The notes under the pieces are model-generated. The model worked only from the letters and a program-made list of their open reading frames with translations, ran no database searches and had not been told where the DNA came from. From Lingula anatina (taxonomy: Eukaryota; Animalia; Brachiopoda): a stretch of 64,000 nucleotides of DNA. The stretch covers positions 24,118,001-24,182,000 of the forward strand of contig CM120642.1 of the NCBI GenBank assembly GCA_051362555.1. Reading direction: 5' to 3'. The position numbers were made by a program, and so were the translations under genes. Below, piece by piece: positions 39,951 to 54,400 of this stretch (positions are counted from its first letter, which is position 1; every line of letters begins with the position of its first letter).

Positions 39951-40408
39951 TATATATTCATACCCCAGAAGGTAATAATGTGTCATGCTGTCACTTGTGT
40001 TTAACACCATTACTGTGACAAATGCATGTATGTTCCATGTAGCTATAGAAAATGTGCCAGAGATCAGTTTTACAAGTATTGATTCTATTTATAAGGTACA
40101 TGTAATAACGCACCATGCTGTAACCGGAGTTTCATGTATATACGCGGTCACATACATTAATGTAAAAATAAATCCCACGCTATATTTAACATTTCGTTAT
40201 TGTTCATATCCTCGAGTTAACTATCCATTTTGGAGACTGATATAAAATACAGAATGTACATGTACAGACAGAGATACAGCTGTACTGTTATACCAATGAA
40301 AAATTATATCAGTGTGATCCAAACTATCAAATCAAGATAAACGCTTTGTTGACACATTTTAAAAACCAAAACATTATTTTTCAAGAAATAAACACGAGAA
40401 TTCTACAA

Positions 40409-40443
<35 letters not shown>

Positions 40444-40704
40444 GTGAAACTAGAATAATTATTTGCCGAATTAAACTTCACCCCTCCGTAGGCTATTTGT
40501 ATGTTGCTAAATCAGACAAGTAGTTGAGAATTTGAACTGTTCACGTTATAGACAATCAAACAGAGATTGTACACATTTATTAATTCTAGCATTTTTACAT
40601 TACATCTATATATTAAAATAAGATTTTTTCGTTCCGTTGCAATTTGAATTGTATGCTTTAAAGAGGCTTGTAGGCAAATTATGCACCACATGTGTATCTA
40701 TACA

Positions 40705-43700
40705 TTATCGGGCATTACTCTGAACTCTGTTAGATCGGCCCTCCTTTCTCAGTCTTTCTTGACTTTTTCGAGACTGTATATTGGCGAATGATTCATAGCC
40801 CAACTTTTGTATGACCTCAACACAATAGCTGTCTACCTCTACGCCTAGCGACGGTTGTATCGTTCTCTCCCATTGGTGAGCGGTTTGCGATGAGTTTACT
40901 CTACTTGTGCCGTACGGATCAGACATAACATCCCCTTCTATTTTACCAGATGTAGTATTAACGAGCCACTCTCTAACATTGGCCGGCATTTTCCGCCCGA
41001 TGAACTCGTATATCTTGTCAGCATAGGCGATGGGATTGTCCGCTAAGTCTTCGTACCGGAGGGTCATAATGCGACCAGGGAACCGACTTTGTAGCCTGTC
41101 ACGTGCGACGAGATCGGGAATCATGTGTTCCTTGCAACGTTTGACTATCTCACACGTCATGTTGCACTTCTGAAGCGTCACAGGCCGGATCAGCTTGTAT
41201 TTTCGCATCGATAAAATCGAAGCCCGTGGATCGCGCACGAGATAAAGAATCTTTACTCGATCGAACTGCCTCAAAATCGGCTCGAGGTCTGTCATACGGA
41301 GCACGACAATTTTGAATGCTTTAAACGATTTGTCGCATGCCCGTTTTATCAGTGGGATGCATTGAATGTCTTCTGCCGTTGTGTTGTACTTTAAAATGCA
41401 TGAGGCATAAGTTCTTAAATGTATGTGTCTGCCAAGAGCAATGAAAAACCAGTGAGAAGGTGACTCCGGCGCTAAGACATTGACAGGAACCTTGGTAAAA
41501 TCACATGATATCAAGTTTTTGACCACGTCCGTCATGAATTCTTTTTTGGGTAGTCCTGTACTTTCCATGGTCCTGTAATGGTACATTTACAACGAATTAC
41601 GCTTAAATACAGATTGTTTGTGCTGGTATAATGAGCTGTGATTGCTCTATAGTCTTTCATTTAACAATGCAAAACAAAAGGTATCTTGTGCGAGATTTTT
41701 TGCATCAAATGTAATTTTCACTTGTGAAAAAAAAAAACATAATACAAATTTTTCTTAATCACGAATTACTGGACCCGACCCTGTACCCAGCAAACGCTTA
41801 ACGTTTTATAAACGTTATGTTAACGTTAAAATAACGTTCTTTGTTTGCTGGGTACTTGGATTCCATGTTACTAATTACAAATCTTAGTTCTACACAATTC
41901 ACTATTCTTAGACTGAATTCCCATGCCTAGGTCGATCCACCTGGATTGGTCTAACTCCCTGGGGAGTCTCACTAAATTGCTATCAACTAACCGGCTTAAA
42001 TGCTTGTCACACCTACCAAATCAACTAGAGGGTAAAGATAATTACCCCCTAACAGCTTTACTGGGCGTGACAGACATTTAAGCCGGTTACGTTGATAGCA
42101 ATTTAGTGAGACTCCCCAGGGAGATAGATCGATCCAAAAATCTGTGCGAATGGTACCTGTGGTCTTCCTGACTATTCATATGAAAAATCAGGTACTTCTT
42201 ATAGGTTGGGTGTCGTTTTACTGTCCGAATGGGAAGAGATCAGTAGATTTTCAGAATATTTGGTCTAATAAGCCTAACTCTGGGATATTTTCAAAAGCGT
42301 ATGGTATATTTTACCGGGTAATGCGGCTAAAACTTAATACCGTTACCTTTGCGAGTTATCGGTGTAAGTTAAATGTCGCTTCATGGATGCCCTGTCAAGT
42401 TCATGCGTGGGCTCAAACATGTAAAAAGCGTCCGGGTTTTGGTTAAAAAGTTCCCCAACCAAGCTGGAGCCACTCCGAACATAGGTCACGATAAGAACGG
42501 CGTCACCTCTTGGGTCCATGTCGGTGTTGTGAATTGCGCTGTTGGTACTCTCGCCTGATATTTTACTGGTCAGTGTTCCTGCATATTTAAATAAAAATGG
42601 CGGTTGAAAACAATGAAATTAAAACAGTCATAGACATTTACATTGGTCAGTCAAATTGAAGACAGTCCAGGAAAAAATCTTTTTCGATTTCTACATGATA
42701 GTTAAGTGTTTACTAGTAGTGTGTCCAGTAGATTTGCAGACCATATAGTGACCAAAGGGCCAGTGGAGTAAGTAGCTCTCAGCACTGGATAGATAATCTT
42801 TTAAGCTAGTTTTCTCATGAAACGTATTAAGCACTCGAACAACGCATGCTCTGGCCCCCTTGCAAACAGTGGTGTTTAATTTCAGATGTATTTCTCTCAG
42901 ATGTAAAGATAATTTAAGTCAAAACTGATATTTTCCGACTTTCTGTACTCATTTACTTTTTTCTTTTTTCATGAAAATGATTTATATTTTAATAAAGAAA
43001 AACATATTCGTTGCCAACTTTCTCAGTTTCCTTTGCAAGAAAAACTAAGAGATCTACAACCGTTTTTGCCTAACTCCTATGTTTACTTTAACTATTCCAT
43101 ATTAAGATACTGGTAGTGCATTTTCCCGTGTGGTTATATGTTCTACTTGTATTTCCACACAGCAGTGAGGCAGCCATATGAAAGCATCAAATATTGATAA
43201 TGCAACATAGCGCGGTAAATTTATTATGAGTTTCATGCAATGGAGAAGTATAAAAACTACAACAACCTGCTGCTCAAACGAAGTGAGGAGGGTCACGATT
43301 ATATTGTTTCAACTATTAACTAGGTTAGAATGTGTTCAACACTTACTTTAAAATGAATGGACTAGAATAGCGTTCATCTCTTGTCGGTTGTGAATGTGTA
43401 TTTAGATGACATCATTTTCTATATAACTTAAGTTGGCCCTAAGACAAGAGAATACACTTGAGTTCGCGTAGTCTATATGTAGAACCGGAGTTTGTTCATA
43501 TATAGGAGTCAAAAATGAATCAAATCTCGTAAAGTAGCAGCATTCTTGGAAACATTTATTTAACGATGTAGAAAATTGTAAAAAGAAAAAAAAACTAACA
43601 TTTTGTTTCAACTCAATCTGATTTACAACGAAAGAGTTGAGGTTGTATAAGTGGGTGCCTATATCTATATTAAAGAAGGTACTTGTCCCCTCCGACATAT

Positions 43701-44281
43701 ACGCGTATAACACCACAGTGCTTTTCATCTGCCAATATGATACTGTGCTACTAGTGTCACATAAAATGGGCCAACGGGTTTGTCATACTAAATATATTAG
43801 GTTACTGTTTTACGTCGCTTAAAATTATAAATAGAAAAGTTAACAAAAAGAACTCGCAATACGAAGAATATACTGTAAGCACAGACATTCTTTGAGAAGA
43901 GGGTTAGTTTTAATTGCAGATATACAATATTAGAATGGGTTGAAAATGTGAAATATTCCTCTTCTTAATCTAACGTTAACGAATAGTTGCCGATAACTTG
44001 AAAAGAGGGAAATTATAATTGTCAATGGCAAACGTCAAACACCTTGAGCACGATGAGCAATACTTACTTGTCACGGTGAAACCATCAGTTGATGCCTGGT
44101 TGGCAACTGGCTCCATCTCTGTGATGGAAGTGGTTGATGGTATATATTCAACATATCTTATCTGTTGCTGCCTTTTCTTCTCAAATACCCTTGACTGGAT
44201 CTTGTACGTCCACAACAGCGAGGCACAGAAAACTACGCTACAGAAGACAGTGAAACATACCCATAACTTCATCAGCGCCAT
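40705..44281 (-). CDS. Carbohydrate sulfotransferase, CHST1/3-like (Gal/GlcNAc-6-O-sulfotransferase family). Join complement(44068..44281, 42347..42578, 40705..41572), 437 aa
   Basis: Exon 1 is a type II signal anchor. Exon 2 has the 5'-PSB motif 'VLIVTYVRSGSSLVGELFNQNPDAFYMFEP'. Exon 3 has the 3'-PB motif 'KILYLVRDPRASILS' and 'LRYEDLA'. GT-AG junction phases (1, then 2) give a continuous frame. Confidence 0.93.
41786..41852. mobile_element. 67-bp minimal TIR element in the sulfotransferase intron
   Basis: TA|cccagcaaac ... gtttgctggg|TA with internal 'aacgtt' repeats. Confidence 0.7.
41915..42152. mobile_element. Palindromic MITE in the sulfotransferase intron
   Basis: 'ctccctggggagtctcactaaattgctatcaac.taaccggcttaaatg' and its reverse complement at about 42075-42123. 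Confidence 0.8.
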
Positions 44282-44672
44282 GACCTATATTTGCCTTTCA
44301 GGAAGCAAAATGGTTATACTGGCTGCCACTTTCAAGGGATATGCGACCAGATGAAGGTAGCAAAGATAAAAGCTGACAGAGAAGTGAGTCAGTGTGCGAG
44401 CTGAGGATTGTTATAACGCAAGCTTCTAAGGAAAGCTGGGTACAATAAACATTGAACAAGCACCAGTATAACACGATAAAAGCAAAGTTCTGAACAGTTT
44501 AATTTAAAAAAAAGCCTTGTATCGACCTCTTTTTTCTGTGCAGATTATTTTAAGCCGAGGCATAGCATAAGATATTGGCAGAGTTAGGTAGCTTTTAGAT
44601 CCGTCTACCAACCTTTCAAATACTATGTCGAAAACTCCTGTGACAGCGTTGGGTATGGCCGCATTCACAACA

Positions 44673-44692
44673 GCGAATTTTATGAAACTGCG

Positions 44693-44736
<44 letters not shown>

Positions 44737-45001
44737 CACGCATATTTCATGCCACGAATGATAAGCAGTTCGCAACAGCGGGCTAACAGATCCGCGGATC
44801 AAATATGGGGACCCATTTGTCGCTTGTCGCGTAATCCCATAACAGACACTGATAAGATTCCCCGTCGGGATTATGCGACAATCATTTAAGTGGGTCGGCC
44901 ATGTTTTACCTGTGGATCTGTATTTCGCCTATCATTCGTGGTATGAAATATGCGTGCGTGCGTGCGTGTGTGTGTGTGTGTGTGTAGTTTCATTAAATTC
45001 G
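44673..45001. repeat. Fold-back element with (CA)n/(TG)n in its arms
   Basis: 'cgaattttatgaaact..(CA)n..acgcatatttcatgccacgaatgata' is mirrored by 'tatcattcgtggtatgaaatatgcgt..(TG)n..agtttcattaaattcg'. Confidence 0.8.
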
Positions 45002-45459
45002 TTTCTATTAGATCGGAAATAAATACTTATGATATTTGTAGACCACGAAAAATGTGTTACATTCAAAAAAGCAATTTTGTAAGATACTTTTTAAAAGGCA
45101 ATCGGCTGTCTTTGAGTCCATTCTAAAAGGTTAATGAGAAATCAAATTATCACGCTAATACTGATTTTTGAATTTTATTCAATTCAAATTTTATATCAAT
45201 ATGTACAAGATGGTATATTTTATTGTAATTTGAATAAATTAACCATTCTTTAACTAACTAAAGTAGCTTTCTGAAATTGTACATTTAGATTTACTAAAAT
45301 GTCTAAGATACCTAAATACTTCACAGAAATATACATTATTTAAACAAACAAACAAAAAAAGATATATTAGAATTTTTAATATGAATAATTCTTGTTAAAG
45401 TTGACAAAAAAGTGTAAATTTTTTAATTGTTCCTTGGACTGTACATGTGAGTCATTTCT

Positions 45460-48400
45460 TCATGTTTCATAGCGTGGAAGAGTGCGCGTGCTTAAAAGAA
45501 CGACTTTGGTTTTTCTTCGATTCTTTTTCTTATTTAAAGTATCCTGTATGTAACTGTTCATGTTTCTGTTAGACGCATTGCTTGCACTTGGAGACGCAGA
45601 CGTTACATAAGCCGCACCCTCTGCGTGGTTTAACTCATCAATTTTCAAAATGTTCACCACATCCGCCGGCAAAGTGAGTGCGATCTCAATCTGCCCAGAG
45701 GTCGATTCTTCCAGTGAAATCGAAACATTCTCGATCTTACTTTCACTGTGTAATGTCACGGGCCTCTGAGAGGAATTCAGTCCGTTTTGAGCGTCAAACG
45801 TGCTACTTTTAAAGCGGCTGTCCCCTGCCGTAAGTAAGCCGGCTTCGGCGACGCTCGGTTCATGCGGCTGATTTCTTTCTATCACTTGCGTAGAGGTCTG
45901 ACCTTTCCGTGTCTTATGTACCTTTAACAAAATATTGATAATTGATTACCTATCAATGAATAACATATTAATAATCAGGTCCTCCCCCCAAAAAAGTGAA
46001 TCTACAACAGCTGTCATTTTAATCTGTATCAAAATGGGTAACTTGGTATTCAAGATCAATTTTGCGATTATGTTCAAAATCAACGGCTGGTGGGTTACAA
46101 TGTTAAATAATTAATGTTTTTGTTTTTTCTGAAAAAAATTATTTTATAACCTACTATGACAAAATTTATCTACCACTACTAACACAAGATAAAGAAACTG
46201 TTAAAATGAACATGCGCGTCTTACGGAAAAGCTTACCTCATTTTCCAGAATAGTGGATGTAATCTCTATTTGTTCCGAGACCAACGAGGAACATCTTTGC
46301 ATAACAGGAATTTCATCGTTGTCATCTGTCTCAGTTCTGGTCGCAGAAGTGGGAAGTGTCGAAGGCAAGGACTTCTGCTTCTTTTGTTGTCCATTCTTCC
46401 AATTCAATTTCTTGCCGTTTGTTACTTTCTTACATACTTCTGATGGATCATAGTTGGACAAAGGGGGGAATTCAGTTTCTGACTGAATTTGTGGAACATC
46501 TGGAGAATGATCCCCTAAACCAATCTCCTTCCTGACTGTTGAGCCCGGCTTCAGTTGCTTTTCAAGCCTAGGCTTTCGTCGGCCAACACTGATCTTTGGT
46601 TGCCTGTCTGATGGTTCACCAATTAATCGAGTTTGGTACTTGCCCTTCATCACCTATTTAAATAATTATATTTTTATCATGCATTTTTACATTTAAAAAA
46701 GTATAAGCTTATGCTAAAAACAAAAGTTGGTCTGAATTTAAAAATAAAATGAAATAACCTATTTACAAGGTACATGTACATTACCTAGCGCCCTTCACTT
46801 TGTATTTTTTTTACCTCATTTATCTGCGTGCATTTATGTTTATGTTTAGCCTGTTTTTTATTTCATTTTTTACCTTTTTGATGGGGCTGGTTGTAATCTG
46901 CTTTTCTTTGCAGAGATGCGATACCACTGAGGCATCTCGGCTCATCGTGCTTTCTGATGTCTGTGCACTTTCCAGGACTGGGCCCATCAGTAATATGCTG
47001 GGGTCCATGCTGTTTAACGCCTGCATGTTTTGGTCTGATACCTGAGCATTGTCGGTGGAATTCTGTCTAATCAGAAGGATGCTCGGGTCGACTCCCATGA
47101 GAAACTTTGACGGGGAGTCAAATTTTTGTTGATTTTGTTGCTTTTCACAAAACGAATTGACATCGTTTTCTGTCTGTTCATCTGTTGAGCTGTTTTTCAA
47201 ATCTTCTTCTTGGCCGGTTTCCATGGAGCCACTTTTTCTCATGTCTGCCATTTTCATCTCTTGATGTTCTTGGTCTGTGTTGGTACGTACTGCCTTCCTG
47301 GCCTATTTTGAAAAAAAATTGATAAAAAATAAACATTATGAAAATGATTAATATTAATTTAATATTGGTATAATCAAAATTCATATTGAATTTTCAGAAA
47401 CCTTTTAATAAAAAATAAAAGGTTCTTTTAAGGTTTGAGTAGTTACAAGAAAATGTGTTGTAAGTTTACATTTAGATTCAAGTACATGCATGTAAAACGA
47501 AAGTCATATGAAAAAGAAAATATAAAACAAAGCATTTGTCGTTGGTAAAATCCTTACGTACTTCTGTTGGATCATACTTGGACAAGGGAGGGAATTCAAT
47601 TTCTGAATGAATTTGTGGAACTACTGGAGAATGAACCCCCACACCAATCTCCTTCCTGTCTTTTGAGGTCGTCTGTTTTTCAATCCTAGGCTTTCGTTGG
47701 CAAGCATTGGACTTAAGTTGTCCGTGTGGTGGTTTACCAGATACTTTTGTTTGGCCTTTGCCTTTCACCTGGTTTAAGAAATAATAATTAATGACATAAT
47801 AATAAATTAATGATATAATAATTAATAATTATTACAAATATTATTAAGCAATGCTAATAAAAGATAAAGATGTAACAGCTGCAAAACTGTTAAAATAAAT
47901 TTTCGTTGTTTAATTCCTAGAGTACTTAAGGAAATGCCTACCTCTTTTTTAAGTTTCTTGCCGTTGGTCTTTGTTGTTAAATCGGGCTCTAGCCTCTTCG
48001 ATGCCACGAATTTGTATTTTGGCTGGCTTGATCTCCCGTTTTTCTTATTCAATTTCTTGCTATTTGCTACTTCTTGATGTACTTCTGATGGATCATCCTT
48101 GGACAAGGGAGGGAAGTCAGTTTCTGACTGAATTTGTGGGACTACTGGAGAATGGTCCCCCATACCAATCTCCTTCCTGTCTTTTGAGCTTGCCTTCAGC
48201 TGCTTTTCACACCAAGGCATTAGTCCACCAGCATTGGTCTTATGACGCCCGAATGGTGGTTTACCAGTTACTTCCATTTGGCACTTGCCCTTTAATTGCA
48301 ATAAGAAATAAAAAATAAAAAAGTGTCCAGTCCCAACACAGTGTCGATAATATTAGCTCAGGCTCATGATTGTACAAAAATAGGGATATTTTCCTTTCTT

Positions 48401-51400
48401 TTCTTTTCTTTTTTACCTTGGTAAATATTTCTTAAGATAATTTTCTAGGGCTTTAACTAGACACTTATGCTCATTCATATGCATTAACAATTTAGATTTA
48501 ATTTTCACAATTTCTCCTTACTTTTTCATCTTTTCTGTCTCCAGTGTTGATTATTTTTCTGCAAGTTGAGTTGCAATTCCTGATGACTAGGCTTAGATGC
48601 CTTAACATCCTCATCTGAATTAAGGGCTGTATAAAGAAACATATAAAAGTAATTGTCTATCTGCTATATATCAAAGCTCACTTGAAAAATGCGACAATAT
48701 GCTTATACACCAAAGCCATCGCTGAATATCATTCCACCGAAACAGTTTAGTTCTAGTCTCAATTTTATGAAAACTATACCTCTTACATGAATCCTGTAGC
48801 CTTCTGCTTTCTAATCCCAATAAAGTGGCCAGTGCTTAACACAGGTAAAACTTTGGTCTTATTGCGGCATTGCATTATTATGTTATGATATTCTATGAGC
48901 ATTCTTATCCAATTTGGCATAGTAGTCCAGGAATTACTTTTTTGAGTCTACATATATGAACACTTACTTTTGTTAACATTGCTGTATGCATTTCCTTGAT
49001 GTACATCATTGCCAGTGGATGGACCTGTATTAAGAGTTACATCACTTCTGTCATAAATATATTTCGTATAGTAGCCATAAATATATATCATATAGTTTTG
49101 ATATAAGCTGTAAAATATGTTGTCAGTTTATTGTTTATGATATCAAATTGCTAAGATTTTTTTTTTTATAATCTTTGGACAAATACATCTTTTCATTTAT
49201 GATTATAACATAGATTACCAAAAACATACCTCTACTCGGGCAGTCCGAGGTTGATTAATCTTGACAATATTTCTGTCCCCCAATTTGCGTAATAGGTCAA
49301 CTTGAACATGGGGCTTCAGTTAAAAAAAGTAAAAAAGTAAGGTTTTCATACATCTGTGGATATAAAAAAAAAGAGGAGGCTGCAGGTAAATATTTCAGCT
49401 TCCCAACTTCACCTATCTTTCTCAACTTAAAATTCATTGAAATCAGAACCACAGCAATTGCTACATTTCGCTTGAATGGAAAGTCAGTGCAATTTAGATT
49501 TATTTGCAATAAAAATAAAGTGAATGTTCTGATCTTGCCAAGATATCTGATCAATTATGAAATTCTGTGACAACAACATTAGGCATATACCCTGTATCTC
49601 CATGAATTAAGAAAAGTGGGTTTGTCTAGCACCCAAAATAAAAATGGCATTCTCTAGCACTCACCTGTCTCAACAAGACTGCACCTTCATGTAACTGCTT
49701 TGCTTCAGTCTCTTGCACAGAGGTCTGGCCTTTCTGTGTCATTTGTACCTTTCACATAATAATAATAATTGAATGATTTTATATGGTCAAGTTCAAAATA
49801 AGTTTAAAAGGAACACAATTAAATTGGCCTAAATACAACAACGGTCTCCTTAACCAGCATTTAAAACATGCAGCACAGTAGCCAATAACAATTTTACGAT
49901 AATGTTCAACATTGATTGTTTACAATTTTGATTGATTTTTTGTTTTCTATACAACCAATTACAAAATGTATCAACCATTACTAATAAAAAGGTGAAATTA
50001 ACATAAGTATCATGTGTTTAATACCAATGGTAATGTTTACCTCATTTTCCCAAAAAGTGGGTGTTTTCAAGGCCAACGTTTCTATAATTGAAATTTCATC
50101 TTTGTCATCTGTCTCAGCTGTGGTTGCCAGAGTTGGAAGTGTTGGAGGAAAGGATTTCTGCACCTTTTGTTTTCCATTCTTCACACTCAGTTTCTTGCTG
50201 TTTGTTACTTCCTTATGTACTTCTGTTGGATCATATTTGGACAAGGGAGGGAATTCAGTTTGTGACTGAATATTTGGGACGACCAGAGAATGATCCACCA
50301 CACCAATCTCCATTCTGTCTGTTGAGCTCGCCTTCAGCTGTTTTTCAATCTTAGGCTTTTGTTGGCCACCATTGGTCTTCAGTTGCCCAGATGTTGGTTT
50401 ACCAATTACTTGAGTTTGATTCTTGCCCTTCTTTACCTATTTAGATAATCATATTTTGATAATGCATTTTTTATATTAAGATAAAGTTTAAGATATGTTA
50501 AAACAAAGGTCTGTCTGATTAAATGTTAAAAAATGCTGTATTTTTATTTATAATGTACAAAACCTTTCTATTTTGATTTTTTTACCATTCTATCTATTCC
50601 TGTTTATGTTTAACCCATATTTATTTATTTATTTTACCTTTTTTGAGGGGCTGATTGTAATTTGCTTTTCTTTGCAGAGATGGGAGACCACCGAGGCATC
50701 TCGGCTCATCATGGATTTTGATGTCTGTGCACTTTCCAGGACTGGGCCCATCAGTAATATGCTTGGGTCCATGCTGTTTAACGTCTGCATGTTTTGGTCT
50801 GATACCTGAGCACTGTCGGTGGAATTCTGTCTAATCAAAAGGATGCTCGGATCGACTCCCATGAGAAACTTTGATGGGGAGTCGGAAATAATTTGAAATT
50901 GTGGTGTTTCAGAAGAAGAATTGGCACTCTTTTCTGACTGCTTGTCTGTTGAACTGCATTTGACATCTTCTTCTTTTCCTTTGCCCTTCGCCTGCTGTAA
51001 TAAATAATTATAAAATAGAGAAATAATAAAATGAGTCAACTCCTTCTGTTGCTGATCAGGTTGTTTGCCAATTACTGAACTTGAGAACTTGCCTTTCACC
51101 TGTATCAAAATGGTAATATATTATAAGGACAATTTTTAATTTTAAAAAATCAGTTAACATAATAAACAAATAATAAGTGTCACATTTACCACATGTGTAG
51201 CTGTAGAACAAAGATCATATGCAAAAACAAAATAAAGCATTTGTAGATTAGAACCTTTTTACGTACTTCTGATGGCTCATGCTTGGACAAGGGAGGGAAT
51301 TCAGTTTCTGACTGAATGTCTGGAACTACTGGAGAATGATCCACCACATCAATCTCCTTCCTGCCTGTGGAAATTGCCCCTAGCTGCTTTTCAACCCTAG

Positions 51401-54400
51401 GCTTTCGTTGGGCAACATTGGTCATAAGTTGCCTGTCTGGTGGCTTACCGATTACTTCAGTTTGGACTTTGTCCTTCACATGCTTTAAGAAATAATAATA
51501 AAATAAATAAAAATGCCACTCTTCAACATTTTTTGTTACCTGCATGTTTGTCAGTTACTTTACATAACTTATTGCAATTCACTTGTACCAATACAAGTGA
51601 ACATTTTTAAATCAAGAAAAAGACTATTTTCTTTTTTTAACCTGATAAGTTAACATAATAAAAGGTTATAAAGTATCATATTCAGCATATATTTAGAACA
51701 AAGATCATTTGAAAAAACATGAAGCTAAGCATTTGTTGGCTGTAACTTTCTTACGTACTTCTGATGGGTCATGCTTGGACAAGGGAGGGAAGTCAATTTC
51801 TGACTGAATTTGTGGGACTTCTGGAGAATGATCCACCATACCAATCTCCTTCCTGCCTGATGAAATTGGCCCTAGCTGCTTTTCAACCCTAGGCTTTCGT
51901 TGGGCAACATTGGTCTTAAGTTGCCCATCAGGTGGTTTACCAATAACTTCAGTTTGGACTTTTTCCTTCACCTGCTTTAAGAAATAATAATTAAATCAAT
52001 GAATAAAATGAATAAAAATGCCACTCTTCAACATTTTGTTACCCTTCTGAACGTTTGTCAGTTACTTTACTTAGCTTATTGGAAGTTATTGCCCTTCACT
52101 TGTACCAATACAGTAATATATTATTCAGACATTTTTAATCAAAAAAACCTTTTATTTCCTTTTTTCACCTGATCAGTTAACATAAAAAAGATTATAAAAT
52201 GTGATATTCAGCATATATGTAGAACAAAGATCATATGAAAAAACATAAAGTGAAGCATTTGTCGATTGTAACTTTTTTACGTACTTCTGATGGCTGATAC
52301 TTGGACAAGGGAGGGAATTCAGTTTCTGACTGAATATTTGGAACTACTGGAGAATGATCCACCACACCAATCTCCTTCCTGACTGTTAAGCTTGCCTTTG
52401 CCTGCTTTTCAAACCTAGGCTTTTGTTGTCCATCTTTGGTCTTCTGATGATTGTCTGGTGGTTTACCAATTACTTTAGTTTGGCCTTTGCCTTTCACCTG
52501 CTGTGAGAAATAATAATCAAATAAATGGGTATTATGAAACAAAAACATTTATATATTATTCAGAAATTTAAAATGAAGAAAAATTCTTAAAATGTTTGAA
52601 AACGTGATCAGCTTTCATTTAAAAGAAAAAAAGTGTCATATTCACCATATACATGTATTCAGAATAAAGATCACATGAAAAACATAAAACAAAGCATTTT
52701 TTTTTTTGGTCGTTTGTAACTTATATTCTTACTTCTGTTGGAGCACACTTTGGCAAGGGAGGAAATTCACTTTCTGACTGAATATTTGGGACTACAGGAG
52801 AATGATCCCCAACATCAATTTCTTTCCCGCCTGTTGAGGTTGTTTTCAACAGCTTCTCAAACTCAGGCTTTCGTTGGCCAGCATTGGTCTTACGGTGCCT
52901 GTCTCGTGGTTTACCAATTACTTCAGTGTGGTATTTGCCCTTCACCTGTATTCGGAAATAATAATTAAAAAGAATAATAAAATTTAATTTATTTTTGTCT
53001 GTTTGGTTGTTTACCAAGTACATGGTTTGGGAACTTGCACCTTCCCCTGTATCAAAGTGTTATATATTATTCAGACACTTTAAAAAATTTTTCTGTCAAA
53101 AATTATAATATGACCAGTTACAAAATTTATCCATCACAAAATCACATTAATTTGGTTTGATTCCTACTTACCAAATTTTCCACCTTTTTGTTGTCAATCT
53201 TAGTTGTAAAATCAGGCTCTGGCCCCTTATGACCTTGCTTTTCAACATTTTGTGCCGTGAATTTGTTCTTGGGCATGCCTGATCTCCTTGGTAAAACATC
53301 AGGCTCCTTTTGTTTTTCTTTCCTCCCTTTCAGTTTCTTCTGCTGTAGGAAATAATAATTAAATAGATAATATAAATGAATTAAAATAACAATTTGTAAC
53401 TTTCTGAGTAGCCTGTCTCATTGTTTACTTATTGCTTCAGCTTGAATGCTGTCTGTATCAAAACAGTAATATATTATTCAGACAATTTAAATCAAGAAAA
53501 GGTATTATTATGTTTAAAACCTGCCTGGTTAACATCATGAAAAAAAAAAGCTTACCATATATATACACTTCATGTAGTATAGTTGCTTTTTTTTTTAATT
53601 TCTTTTTTTTTTTTTAACTTATTTTATTCCATTTCATTTACTGATTATGGATATCTCACCTTGTTTTTGATTTTGTTCATGAGTTTGGCTGTGAACTTCT
53701 TTTCACTTAGGAGACGTGCAGCCACTGACTTCATTGTGGATTCAAATGTCTCCTCACTACAGCCTGGTCCCATCAGTGAAATGCTGGAGTTGACTTTCTG
53801 TTCAAGACACACACCTGTTGAGTTTGCCTTGGGATGCTTAAAATATATATCATTGTAACACTAAACGGTTTTGTAAAGTAACGTAAATCAATACTCAATA
53901 ATCGCTATATATACAATATGAGTAAGAATATTTTTCTAAAGTGCCCTGTCCACACACACAACTTTTACGAAGTGTCGACAATATATACTCAGACTCCTAA
54001 TTATACAAATAAAATGGCGTTTTTTCTTTTCATTTTTCTGTTCTTTTTTCTTCTTGATAACAAAAACTTTATTCACACAGTGATTCACTTATGACCATCT
54101 ATGCATTTAAAATTTAGATTTAAGTTTCAAAAAGCCCCCTTACTTTGTCATCTTTTCTGTCTTCAGTCTTGATAATTTCTCTGCAGGTTGAGTTTATGTT
54201 ATTCCTGATCTTGACCAGGCTTAGATGCCTCAGCATTCCCATCTGAATTATGGGCTGTATAAAAACACACAAAGTAAATGTCTATGCTATGTATAAGAAC
54301 ATGCTTCACAAACAAAAACAGAGAGAGAGAGAAAGTGTGCTTGGGTCCAATAACATTCGCTGAATAATCAGACCCAATACCCATACCCAATTTTGTGTCA

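Larger units (their letters stand above)
36685..44513 (+). repeat. Right (intact) copy of segmental duplication
   Basis: See the homology blocks listed for 3560-22665. Confidence 0.9.
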
